This document shows positions 17,340 to 26,643 of a stretch of 64,000 bases of DNA, one piece after another. The translations under genes were made by a program, and so were the position numbers. This DNA comes from Syntrophorhabdales bacterium (GTDB lineage: Bacteria; Desulfobacterota; Syntrophorhabdia; Syntrophorhabdales; WCHB1-27): positions 4,780-68,779 of the forward strand of contig DATKNH010000013.1 in assembly GCA_035541455.1 (NCBI GenBank). Direction: 5' to 3'. Numbering within the stretch: the stretch's first letter is position 1; the number at the start of each line of letters is the position of its first letter. The notes below the pieces were generated by a model. That model was given only the letters and a program-made list of their open reading frames with translations. It was not told the origin of the DNA and made no database searches.

Positions 17340-20300
17340 ATGGATACCGATAACGTGACTCTCCCCAGAATTCCCGTGTCCACGTACAGGCTGAACTTCA
17401 ATAACGGGTTTACTTTCTCGGATGCGACAAAGATCCTCCCCTATATGGACGAACTGGGGATCAGCGACGTCTACGCATCTCCCTGCTTTGCAGCTCGTAA
17501 AGGAACTGTTGTCGGTTATGATGTTGTCGATCCTACGAGGCTCAACCTGGAGATCGGCACGGAGAAGGATTACAACCGATTTACAAACGAGCTGCAGAAA
17601 CGCAAGATGGGGCAGATTCTGGACATCGTACCGAACCATATGTACATAGAGCATGAAGACAATGGCTGGTGGATGGATATCCTTGAGAATGGCCCTGCCT
17701 CTCCGTATGCAGCCTTTTTTGATATAGACTGGCACCCCGTCAAGAGAGAGCTCGAGAATAAAGTGTTGATCCCGATTCTGGGCGATCAGTACGGGACGGT
17801 GCTGGAGCGCCGGGAACTGAAACTGATATTTGAGAAGGGTACTTTTTCTCTAACCTACTACGACCACAGGCTTCCGATATTGCCTGAAACGTACATGTAC
17901 GTACTGAGACACGGCATAGAGAAGCTGGAATCGCTCTTGCCCGTCGATGACGCGTCACTGGTGGAGCTTCTAAGCATTTTGACAGCCCTCAGCTGTCTGC
18001 CTTCATACACGGAAAGAGAGCAGGTAAAGCTCACCGAGCGAAGCCGTGAGAAAGAGATCATAAAGAAACGGTTATACAAGCTTTATAGAGAAAACCGGAT
18101 AATGCGGGACCTCGTCGACGAGAACCTTCGCACCTTCAACGGAAACGAGAAAGAGCCCCACAGTCTTGATCTTCTCGATGACCTGCTGAGCAGGCAGATC
18201 TGGCGGCTCTCCTATTGGCGCGTCGCCACGGAAGAGATCAACTACCGGAGGTTCTTTGATATCAACAGCCTTGCCGCCATTAAGATGGAAAACCCGGTGG
18301 TTTTCCAGAAGACCCATGAACTGCTCCTCAAGCTCATTGGTGAAGGCAAGATAACCGGACTGAGAGTTGACCACCCTGACGGTCTCTACAATCCTTCCGA
18401 ATACATGAAAAGATTGCAGCGCGAGTCGTTTCTCCGTGTGCGCCTTTCGGATGCGGAAAGAGAAAAAAGGAAGAAGCCCGGAGTCACGGACGAAACCGAT
18501 CTGGAATCGCAACTGCTGAAGGATTATGCGGAGATGATCGTCCTGGATCCGCAGTTCAAGCCTTTTTATATCGTAGGAGAAAAGATTCTCATAAAAGGTG
18601 AGAAGCTGCCCGAAGACTGGCCTGTCTTCAGCAGCATCGGCTACCAGTTCCTGAATCCGGTGAACGGAATATTTGTGGATACGGCAAACAGCAAAATCTT
18701 TGAGCGGCTGTATGAGAGATTTACCGTATTGAAGATGAGCTATCAGGATCTGGTCTACGAAAAGAAACGGCTGATTATGCTCGTCAGCTTGTCTGGTGAA
18801 ATCAATACACTCGCCCATTATCTCAACCGCCTCTCGGAAAAAAACAGGCACACGAGGGATTTCACACTCAACAGCCTGAGGGGCGCGATCATGGAGACCA
18901 TTGCCTGTTTTCCAGTCTACAGGACCTACATAACACAGGAGGGCGTGAGCGAAAGAGACCGGCGCTATGTTGAGCAGGCGATAGCAAAAGCAAAACGGAA
19001 GAACCCAACCTTGAGCCAGAGCGTCTTTGATTATCTCAAACGTGTCTTATTGATCGATTGTCCAGACGATTTTCAGGAATCGGACAAGATGGAATGGGTC
19101 GAATTTACAATGCGACTTCAGCAGATCACAGGGCCGGTGATGGCCAAGGGCGTAGAAGATACTGTCTTCTATATCTATAACCGGCTCATTTCCCTTAATG
19201 AGGTGGGCGGGAACCCTGAGGCGTTCGGCACTTCACTGGAGGCCTTTCACGGACAGAATTTGGAAAGGGCGAGATCGAGACCCCATTCTTTTCTCACTAC
19301 GTCAACCCACGACACGAAACGAAGTGAAGATGTCAGAGCACGAATCAATGTGCTTTCTGAAATTCCAGGCGAGTGGCAAAGATGTCTTGGAAGGTGGGCC
19401 AGGCTAAACGTGAAGAAGAAACCGATCATCGATGGGCAACAGGTACCCGACCGTAACGAGGAATACCTGCTGTATCAGACGTTAGTGGGCTCTTGGCCCG
19501 GTCCCGGTCACCGCATGGATGATGTGAAATACGAAGATTTCAAGAGAAGGATCAGGGAGTACATGGTAAAAGCGATCAGAGAGGCCAAGATTAACAGCAG
19601 CTGGATTAACCCCGACACGCCTTATGAAGAGGCGCTCACCAATTTTATAGATTCGATCCTGCAACGGTCAGAGCGCGATCCATTCATCGAAGACTTTACT
19701 CTTTTCCAAAACAAGATCTCTTATTTCGGCATGTTTAACTCTCTGTCACAGACCCTCCTTAAGATCACCTCGCCGGGCGTACCCGATTTTTATCAAGGCT
19801 GCGAGTTGTGGGATTTCAGTCTGGTAGACCCTGACAATCGAAGGCCGGTTGACTTTACCGCAAGGCAGGAAATGCTCAACAGGTTGAAGAAAGGGATGAA
19901 GCGTGCGGGCGGGATGTTCACGGACTTCGCTGGCCGCCTCTTTGCCTCCTGGGCAGACGGCGCAATTAAACTCTACGTCATCTATTCAGCCCTTACCTAT
20001 CGAAAGGAACATTATCCACTTTTCAGGCATGGAGCCTATGCGTCGCTCGCTCCAGAAGGGGTTCTTAAGGAACTCGTGTGCGCCTTTGCCAGGGTCGGAG
20101 ATGATAATGTCGCAATCACGGCGGTTCCGAGGTTTTTGACACGCATACTAAGGAGCGTGGACGAGAAGCCTTTCGGCAATGAGCTATGGCAAGACACAAC
20201 AATTCCGATCCCTGACGAGATCCAACCGAAGGCGTATTACAACATCTTCACGGGCGAGACCATCACCGCAGTTGAACGGGATGGCGCGATGCATCTGCGC

Positions 20301-20369
20301 CTAGGCGAGGTGTTTGCAAACTTCCCCGTAGCGCTCTTGAGTTCTTCCCTCTTCACTAGTCAAGGATAG
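17340..20369 (+). CDS. treY: Malto-oligosyltrehalose synthase (GH13)
   Basis: About 1009 aa from MDTDNV. STYRLNFN...LPYMDELGISDVYASP...GYDVVDP...ILDIVPNHM. Follows treZ. Confidence 0.85.
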   Translation: MDTDNVTLPRIPVSTYRLNFNNGFTFSDATKILPYMDELGISDVYASPCFAARKGTVVGYDVVDPTRLNLEIGTEKDYNRFTNELQKRKMGQILDIVPNHMYIEHEDNGWWMDILENGPASPYAAFFDIDWHPVKRELENKVLIPILGDQYGTVLERRELKLIFEKGTFSLTYYDHRLPILPETYMYVLRHGIEKLESLLPVDDASLVELLSILTALSCLPSYTEREQVKLTERSREKEIIKKRLYKLYRENRIMRDLVDENLRTFNGNEKEPHSLDLLDDLLSRQIWRLSYWRVATEEINYRRFFDINSLAAIKMENPVVFQKTHELLLKLIGEGKITGLRVDHPDGLYNPSEYMKRLQRESFLRVRLSDAEREKRKKPGVTDETDLESQLLKDYAEMIVLDPQFKPFYIVGEKILIKGEKLPEDWPVFSSIGYQFLNPVNGIFVDTANSKIFERLYERFTVLKMSYQDLVYEKKRLIMLVSLSGEINTLAHYLNRLSEKNRHTRDFTLNSLRGAIMETIACFPVYRTYITQEGVSERDRRYVEQAIAKAKRKNPTLSQSVFDYLKRVLLIDCPDDFQESDKMEWVEFTMRLQQITGPVMAKGVEDTVFYIYNRLISLNEVGGNPEAFGTSLEAFHGQNLERARSRPHSFLTTSTHDTKRSEDVRARINVLSEIPGEWQRCLGRWARLNVKKKPIIDGQQVPDRNEEYLLYQTLVGSWPGPGHRMDDVKYEDFKRRIREYMVKAIREAKINSSWINPDTPYEEALTNFIDSILQRSERDPFIEDFTLFQNKISYFGMFNSLSQTLLKITSPGVPDFYQGCELWDFSLVDPDNRRPVDFTARQEMLNRLKKGMKRAGGMFTDFAGRLFASWADGAIKLYVIYSALTYRKEHYPLFRHGAYASLAPEGVLKELVCAFARVGDDNVAITAVPRFLTRILRSVDEKPFGNELWQDTTIPIPDEIQPKAYYNIFTGETITAVERDGAMHLRLGEVFANFPVALLSSSLFTSQG

Positions 20370-20499
20370 GACAGAGAGTGACGGTCGTAAACACGTATCA
20401 GTCCCCGTCCGCTTCGACGAGGGCTTGAGGATGGGCTGCGCCGTCGTCGATAACAATGGTTGTCCTATAGATGATTGTCTGTGTCACCTGGCGCTCGCT

Positions 20500-22413
20500 T
20501 CAGCCCTTGATCACCGACCGGAGTTTCGGCAGGCCGGAGACTGCGGCTTTCAGGTCCGGTTCACGCTCTATTGCCTCTACCAGTTTCTTTGTTATCTGAT
20601 CATCAATCTCTGAGGCACGGCGGATCTCCACCGGATAGCGGGCAACGAATTCCAACCCGGCATCGGTGAACCGCAATTGCCCGTGTGGTGCGGGCGTGGG
20701 CACTTCGGCATCGATGATCCGTTCGAGTGCGCCGTGCTGGCGTTCAAGATTATGGTGGTACTGGCTACAGACACCGTTCACTGCCTCGAGGATATTTTTT
20801 TCTGCGAGAGAGTGGTCGGCTCCCGGGTTAAGCATGACTGCGGCTTCGTGCCAGGTGTAGGCCGTGCCGGGGATTTGCTTGAAAAGCGGAGAGGCCTGGA
20901 AGAGCACCGAGTTCGAAAAGACAACCACCCGTCCCGTAGGGTAGAGATCGATCCCCGTCCCTGAGAGTTCCAGGAGGTGCAGGCGCAGCAGTCCTATATC
21001 AATCACGTCCCCGGTGACACCCGACACTGTCACGCGGTCGCCGACACGCACGCCGTATCGACCGATCAGGAAGAAATAGGCGGCGATCGAGAGGATTACC
21101 GCCTGAAGGGCAACGGCGATGCCGGCGGTAAGGAAGCCGGCGAACGTCGCGAGCGAACTGAACTCACTGACGAAACCGAGAATAATGACGACTGCCATGC
21201 AAGAGCCTGTGACGAACCGGCGCAAAAGCAGCAGTTGCCGGCGCCTCCGGACTTCCCTCACGTACCGGTACGTGGTGCGGCGCCAGACCTCGGAGAAGAG
21301 CACCACCAGGGCGAGGGCGACGAGAATGGCAAGCACGTGCACGAGTAGCGAGCGCAGAACGGCGCCGTATTCTCTCTCGACGGACGTGTGCCACTCCAGA
21401 AGGTTGGCCCGGACCTGGTCGAGTAGCAGGATCTCCTGACGGAGGGGAAGTGCAGCTTCGGCAACCTTCTTGAACCGCGCTGTCATCGCCTCGAACGCTT
21501 GCCGTGTGCCACCGCCCTGGGACGCTGCGGCCGGCTGGTTGACGGCGTCGCGTCCTTCCTGTAGCAGGCCCCTCAGGGAGTCGCGCATGGGCTTCTGAAG
21601 TCGCTCGGCGGTATCGCGCAGCTTCAGTGTCTCTTTCAAGAGCTCATCGATGGCCCGCACGTCACCGATCTGACTCAGGAGAATGGATACTTGGCCGATC
21701 AGTCCCGAGGCATACGCCCTGCTCGATTTCGAGGCTTGCGCCCCGGACTGCTTTCCACCCGCTGCCGTTGTCGAGGCAAGTTCCGGGACGGATGCTTTCA
21801 AGGCGTTGATTTGTCCTGCAAGGCCTATGTATTCGGTGCTTATGAAACTGGAGATTTTTGCGATCCCCCCCTGGAGTGCCTTCTCCAAGTCGAGTTCGCC
21901 CTGCAGCGCATTGCGCTGATCAAGGAGATCTTGGCGCCTCTTTCCCACCGCGGCCCTGATATTGTTGTTGAGTGCATCGATGCGCGCCTGGGTTTGTTCG
22001 ATCCGGTTAGCGACGTCAGCCGCTGCTTTAGCGATCTTCTCCTGATCCGTGCTCTGCTCGGATGAAGCTTTCGCGGGAGCGGCTTGTTCTATCAGTGCCG
22101 CTTCTTCCCGGGCCGACTGAAAAGCCAACTGCAGCGCCTGCAACGCTTGAGTTCGCGCATTCTGCAGATACAGCGCGTCGCTCGGACTGCCTGCGGTAGC
22201 ATCCACGCTTGCCAGGTGACGATACCAGCTGATTGCCGCGTTCAGGTGGTCGAGAACGGCTGCGGATTCCGTGTTGATCGATGGTGTCTGTGCGGGTAGG
22301 GCAACTCTCGGCAGGGCTGGTGCACTGAGGGCAACGGCACAGACTACGAGGATCAATCTGGCGTAAGTTTTCGTAAATGACCCGCCACTAATGGATGCGC
22401 AAAGGGAAGACAA
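20500..22413 (-). CDS. MscS/MscK-type mechanosensitive channel with long N-terminal periplasmic coiled-coil domain
   Basis: 637 aa with a signal peptide and Ala/Gln-rich coiled coil. C-terminal MscS core is FLTAGIAVALQAVILSIAAYFFLIGRYGVRVGDRVTVSGVTGDVIDIGLL. Confidence 0.85.
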   Translation of the reverse strand: MSSLCASISGGSFTKTYARLILVVCAVALSAPALPRVALPAQTPSINTESAAVLDHLNAAISWYRHLASVDATAGSPSDALYLQNARTQALQALQLAFQSAREEAALIEQAAPAKASSEQSTDQEKIAKAAADVANRIEQTQARIDALNNNIRAAVGKRRQDLLDQRNALQGELDLEKALQGGIAKISSFISTEYIGLAGQINALKASVPELASTTAAGGKQSGAQASKSSRAYASGLIGQVSILLSQIGDVRAIDELLKETLKLRDTAERLQKPMRDSLRGLLQEGRDAVNQPAAASQGGGTRQAFEAMTARFKKVAEAALPLRQEILLLDQVRANLLEWHTSVEREYGAVLRSLLVHVLAILVALALVVLFSEVWRRTTYRYVREVRRRRQLLLLRRFVTGSCMAVVIILGFVSEFSSLATFAGFLTAGIAVALQAVILSIAAYFFLIGRYGVRVGDRVTVSGVTGDVIDIGLLRLHLLELSGTGIDLYPTGRVVVFSNSVLFQASPLFKQIPGTAYTWHEAAVMLNPGADHSLAEKNILEAVNGVCSQYHHNLERQHGALERIIDAEVPTPAPHGQLRFTDAGLEFVARYPVEIRRASEIDDQITKKLVEAIEREPDLKAAVSGLPKLRSVIKG

Positions 22414-22744
22414 AGGTGATTCCCGGTGGAGGGTATACTACTCGAGGAGGCGGATAGACAGGTGCCGGGTAGTAGTAACCGTAAGGGTAGTAGTAACCGT
22501 AAGGAGGGTAGTAGACGTAGGGGCCATACCAGTGATACCGCCCATGTCCGTAGTATGGCCTATACCCGTAGTAGCGGCCATGCCCGTGGTACCCGTCCTT
22601 CGCAAGAGCTGGTACTATAGAGATTCCGAGGATGGTGAAGACAAGGGCGAGAACGGTCACGATCCCCGTAGCCTTCCTGGCAACGCTGACTCTCGTATGT
22701 GAACTCTTCACGGCTTCCTCCCTTATTGTGTACCTTGGTTTCAT
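22388..22744 (-). CDS. Small exported Tyr/Gly/Pro/His-rich low-complexity protein
   Basis: 118 aa with a TM/signal segment. The rest reads KDGYHGHGRYYGYRPYYGHGRYHWYGPYVYYPPYGYYYPYGYYYPAPVYPPP. Its start overlaps the upstream stop (ATGA at 22741-22744). Confidence 0.55.
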   Translation of the reverse strand: MKPRYTIREEAVKSSHTRVSVARKATGIVTVLALVFTILGISIVPALAKDGYHGHGRYYGYRPYYGHGRYHWYGPYVYYPPYGYYYPYGYYYPAPVYPPPRVVYPPPGITFVFPLRIH

Positions 22745-23220
22745 TTTTTCTTTGATCTCCGCTGGTCATGTTTCGTGAAAATCGTATCGGCGATCTTCTT
22801 CTGCTCATCAGACATACTGGCATAGAGGGGCTCAAAGGCCGCAATGAAATTCTTCAGCCCTGTAGCATGTGCGTCCGTGATCGTGCTATAGGACCTGAGA
22901 TCTTCGACGGCGTTCAACTTGTTTCCCTTCTCTCTCCTGGCCTGTATGAGTGTCTCCATCGTAGTGGCATTCTCACGCATAACCTGGGCAACCTTGCTCC
23001 ATTGTTCTTCCTGTGCCGGTGTGATTTTGAGCTTGGCATGAAGTTCATTGATGCGCGCCTCGGTCCGGTCAATTTGGGACGCCTTCGGCTTACTTTCAGG
23101 GGAAGTGGTCTCTGCTGCCCTTGATGGCAGCGGACGTGCGAGAACGATGCTCATGCAAAAACAGACAGCCGCAATAAAAACTGCTGTGGAGCAGGTGAAT
23201 CGACAATTGATGCGTTTCAT
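22741..23220 (-). CDS. Spy/CpxP-family (LTxxQ-motif) periplasmic chaperone-like protein
   Basis: 159 aa with a signal peptide. Two LTxxQ-like motifs (ITPAQEEQW, MSDEQKKIA) in a helical charged protein. Confidence 0.65.
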   Translation of the reverse strand: MKRINCRFTCSTAVFIAAVCFCMSIVLARPLPSRAAETTSPESKPKASQIDRTEARINELHAKLKITPAQEEQWSKVAQVMRENATTMETLIQARREKGNKLNAVEDLRSYSTITDAHATGLKNFIAAFEPLYASMSDEQKKIADTIFTKHDQRRSKKK

Positions 23221-23254
23221 GGTCTACCTCCTTCGGGAATGACGCTAAGTTCGG

Positions 23255-23458
23255 CTACCTGGACGATCCCGTCTTCTCTCCCTCGAATGTTACAGAGCCA
23301 GCAGGATCAATCACCATGTGAATCCGGTCGCCTGATTTTTTGAGCGTGCTGAGCTGAGCAATCTCCTCCTCGGTACCGGTGAAGAAGGCTGCAAGTACGG
23401 TCACAAAGCCTTTCCCAAATACAACTTCCTCCATTTTGCTCATCTTCATGAGTTCCAT
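23255..23458 (-). CDS. Small hypothetical protein
   Basis: 67-aa ORF with a strong AGGAGG 5 nt upstream of ATG. No family recognised. Confidence 0.45.
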   Translation of the reverse strand: MELMKMSKMEEVVFGKGFVTVLAAFFTGTEEEIAQLSTLKKSGDRIHMVIDPAGSVTFEGEKTGSSR

Positions 23459-23575
23459 AACTACCTCCTGAGCTTAGCTGGGAATTAAGGCAACACCTAT
23501 CGAACCCAGCAGGTACACGGCCGATCAGAACGCGTAACATTCCTCTTCCACCGTCTCGCATTTTCCCGAGAGGGA

Positions 23576-24193
23576 TTACAGTGCTTGGAACGATTTCATG
23601 ATCTCGTCGAACTCAGTCTTCATCTTGGTAAAGTCCTGCCGTTTGGTTGAGGCAGCAGCGAAGAGCAGGAGATGATCCGGCGCCTTCTGCACCAAGTACT
23701 CGACATAACGCTCTCCCGGTTCATACGCATCGGCCACCATGTAAAGGGCCGGAGCATTTCCAAGAGTAGTGAGGCGGCACTCGTAGACCTTGACCGGCGC
23801 CTTGGAAAGCTTCGAAAGCTCTCCGGGAAGGGTACGGCACGTTTCCTCGGCGGCCTGGCCGGACTGCGGAATGGTCCCCGGCTGCTGGAAGACGGATATA
23901 CTGAAGCTTGGGCCGTCAGTTTTGTGGTAGTACTCCACCTCACCACCTGCGATCTTCTCCTTCAGCTTGGCATAGAGCTCCTCAGGCATGTCCAGGAGTG
24001 TCCGGTTCTTCTCGGCGGCCTCGAAGACCGCCTCCACAAACTCCGGCTTTTCCTTCACGCCTGTTTTATTCACGACCGTCCAGCCCGAGGGTAGTTCGAT
24101 GCGAAACCCGAAATCGCTCTGGTAGACGGCTGCGAATGCGGTCAATGCCCACAAGAGAGCCGCGAGCAACCCTCCGGATAGGATCTTCTTCAT
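23576..24193 (-). CDS. Secreted protein of unknown function
   Basis: Start at MKKILSGGLLAALLWALTAFAA (signal peptide), preceded by GAGGAGGAGG. The upstream 56 aa in the track lack support. Confidence 0.55.
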   Translation of the reverse strand: MKKILSGGLLAALLWALTAFAAVYQSDFGFRIELPSGWTVVNKTGVKEKPEFVEAVFEAAEKNRTLLDMPEELYAKLKEKIAGGEVEYYHKTDGPSFSISVFQQPGTIPQSGQAAEETCRTLPGELSKLSKAPVKVYECRLTTLGNAPALYMVADAYEPGERYVEYLVQKAPDHLLLFAAASTKRQDFTKMKTEFDEIMKSFQAL

Positions 24194-24221
24194 GGTGGAC
24201 CTCCTCCTCATGTACTTTCTG

Positions 24222-24455
24222 CTAGTGCCTCCGTTTCGATTGATCGTAAATATAGCCACCCACGGCTCCTGCAGCGGCGCCAATCGCTGCTCCTCCGGCA
24301 ATGCTGTGGCCGGTGATGGCACCGAGTGCGGCACCGGCACCCGCGCCGATCGCCCCGCCACTCAGGGTTCGCTGTTGCTGGGGGGTCATGTTTGCACACC
24401 CCGCAAGTAACCCCAGCACCACCATGATGGCCGTGAGTGTCCTGATTACTTTCAT
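24222..24455 (-). CDS. Glycine-zipper (YMGG/17-kDa-antigen-like) lipoprotein
   Basis: MKVIRTLTAIMVVLGLLAGC lipobox, then GGAIGAGAGAALGAITGHSIAGGAAIGAAAGAVGGYIY. AGGAGG RBS. Confidence 0.75.
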   Translation of the reverse strand: MKVIRTLTAIMVVLGLLAGCANMTPQQQRTLSGGAIGAGAGAALGAITGHSIAGGAAIGAAAGAVGGYIYDQSKRRH

Positions 24456-24577
24456 GTCGCGCCCTCCTTTGCCCCGCAAACGTATCGCAAGCCCTAACCC
24501 GATTGCAACGCGTTACGCAGTGCTGATGTGCTGGAGTGCTCTCTTTGCGCACCCTGCTTTTCGTCTTACTCCTTGTC

Positions 24578-24606
24578 GTATTATGTACTTATCAGCTCCT
24601 TGTCAA
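24578..24606 (-). promoter_or_regulatory. Candidate sigma70 promoter for the glycine-zipper lipoprotein gene
   Basis: Minus strand reads TTGACA (24606-24601), 17-nt spacer, TAATAC (24583-24578). Confidence 0.4.
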
Positions 24607-24705
24607 GAGCGGTGATCTGACATCAATCGACAGGCTCTTGCGCCTGAGACCAGATCGTCTGGAGTATGAACAGAAATTCGTTTCCTTGTTCTTACCTCTC
24701 TCCCC

Positions 24706-25674
24706 TCAAAAACGATACCCGATTCCCGCCAGAAATATGTCACTATCCCGGTTGTTGGTCGTGGTCACCCGGTGCCATGTGGCGCGGAGTATCCAGTGCT
24801 CGGTGAACCGGATATTGCTCGACAAGGACACCAACCAGTCGAGTTTCGTGACGTTGTTCGGTCCGCTGGAGTCGTAGGCGAGATAGGGGCCAACCCCTAT
24901 CTCCAGCCCGAACCGGTCGTTAAGAAAGGTGCGGCCTGCCCAGATCTCCGTGGCGGGACCCGTGCGCGAAATGGGATTATGCTCGTTGAGCCAGCCGACT
25001 GTCCAGTCAACATGGGCTGCGAGGTTGCGCCGGTACTGGAGGTACTCGGCGGGAGCGGATGAATCGTTATTCGAGTTGGCGACCGTGCGTCCGGCGAAGA
25101 AGGTCACTTCGTTCTTCAGGTCCTGCACCGGAGCCGGGCTCGGTCCGGTGGCCGGGCCCGGTGTCGCCTGTTTATCGAGCTGGTAGCCGAGCCCGATGGT
25201 CGCGCTGAGGGTGTTGATGCTGTTGGCTGTGACGACGTAATTCACTTTCCCCTGGATAATAAAGCGGCTGTCGGTGTACCAGTTGGCTGCGGCGCTGAAG
25301 ATCGCACCCACCCCGTGTTGATCCGAATAGGTGGGCCCGGTGGTTGCCAATACGGTATCCCAGTAGAGATAGGGGCCGACCCCCACACCCAAGGAGAGGC
25401 GCCGGTTGAGCACGTTGATGCGTGCCCAGCCCTGAAAATCGAGGCCATCCCGTTTGTGGTTCGGAAAGTGACCCTCGTTGAGATAGCCGATGCTCCATGC
25501 CAGGTTCTCCCCGAACCCCTGAAAGTAGGAGACCCCGTAGGAGTAAGTCTGGGAGCTTTTCGTGGCGCCGGTCTCGCGCGTTTCTCCCCCGCGTATGTAC
25601 ACTTCCTGGGCTCCCACGAGATATGGTACTGCAACAACGCCGAGCAAAAGAAGAGCAAACAGAACGGTGCGCAT
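24706..25674 (-). CDS. Outer-membrane beta-barrel protein with tandem internal duplication
   Basis: 322 aa with a signal peptide, alternating beta-strand pattern and C-terminal GIGYRF. Two homologous halves are joined by the linker KQATPGPATGPSPAPV. Confidence 0.65.
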   Translation of the reverse strand: MRTVLFALLLLGVVAVPYLVGAQEVYIRGGETRETGATKSSQTYSYGVSYFQGFGENLAWSIGYLNEGHFPNHKRDGLDFQGWARINVLNRRLSLGVGVGPYLYWDTVLATTGPTYSDQHGVGAIFSAAANWYTDSRFIIQGKVNYVVTANSINTLSATIGLGYQLDKQATPGPATGPSPAPVQDLKNEVTFFAGRTVANSNNDSSAPAEYLQYRRNLAAHVDWTVGWLNEHNPISRTGPATEIWAGRTFLNDRFGLEIGVGPYLAYDSSGPNNVTKLDWLVSLSSNIRFTEHWILRATWHRVTTTNNRDSDIFLAGIGYRF

Positions 25675-25784
25675 GGGTTGCCTCCAGGTCAGATAGCATT
25701 GTGCGTCGCTTTCGTCTTCGTGCGTACGCTGAGCACGCTACGGAATCGAGCACTTCATGGAGCTTATGCAAAGTGCTTCTCTGC

Positions 25785-26096
25785 TCACTTCGTCTGGATC
25801 ATCAGTTTGCTGGTGACGGACTTGACACCCTTGACGCTGTTCGCGAGCGCTATGAGGCGGTCTTCAGACTCCTTGTTGGGCACCACGCCGAGGAGGGTGA
25901 CGTTGCCGTTGAACACGTCGGTGTTGATCTTGAGGATGCTCAGGTCCTTGTCCTCGACAATCTTCGTCCTGATCGTGTTCGCGATGGTCGTATCGTCAAC
26001 CATCTCGCCGGCGGTCCTTCCCGTAGTTGATTGGCAAGCGTAACAAAGGGACAATGCGAAACCGATAAGGAATGTAGCGTAGATAATCTTTTTCAT
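25785..26096 (-). CDS. BON-domain lipoprotein (OsmY-like)
   Basis: 103 aa with signal and Cys (LSLCYAC). DDTTIANTIRTKIVEDKDL...VFNGNVTLLGVVPNKESEDRLIALANSVKGVKSV is a BON domain. Confidence 0.75.
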   Translation of the reverse strand: MKKIIYATFLIGFALSLCYACQSTTGRTAGEMVDDTTIANTIRTKIVEDKDLSILKINTDVFNGNVTLLGVVPNKESEDRLIALANSVKGVKSVTSKLMIQTK

Positions 26097-26247
26097 GGCG
26101 TACCTCCTAGCCAGAGAGAATTCCTTAGCCTTTCTTTAAGGTCTGCAGTGAAGCCTGTCAAGGCAGGAGAGGGATCTTGTTTGGGATGAGCAAGATAAGA
26201 TATTGGATGATTCCTCGGCATCAGCAGTGCGCACGCGCGAACCAGCC

Positions 26248-26382
26248 TTATCGGACCAGACCAAGCAGGCCGATGATGATCAGGTATATCGCCACAATGT
26301 AGTTGAGTAACCTTGGAATGATAAGGATCAGGATACCGGCCATCAACGAAATGATTGCGTGATGCATGGGCGCTACTGTCAT
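26248..26382 (-). CDS. DUF3096-like small membrane protein
   Basis: 44 aa from MTVAPMHHAIISLMAGILILIIPRLLNYIVAIYLIIIGLLGLVR. AAGGAG RBS. The N-extension in the track is unsupported. Confidence 0.6.
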   Translation of the reverse strand: MTVAPMHHAIISLMAGILILIIPRLLNYIVAIYLIIIGLLGLVR

Positions 26383-26643
26383 ACGTAGACTCCTTTTCTT
26401 TGCTCGCTCGAGACCCGGGAACAGGGCCAGCAGCCTATGTATCGCTCTTCGCCGCACCCAGGTCTGCCTCTCGGGTCGCCGAGAGTCATCTCATTAATCT
26501 TGTTGTCCAAGAGTCTGTTTGTCAACCTCCGGCGGTCTTGCAATCTATGAGGCTCCGACAATCGAATAAGGTAGAATCTTGGGTGCGAATGACAGGGCCG
26601 TTTCCTGCCTTGCTCAATTGAGTTTCAAGAATTATGATTCAAG

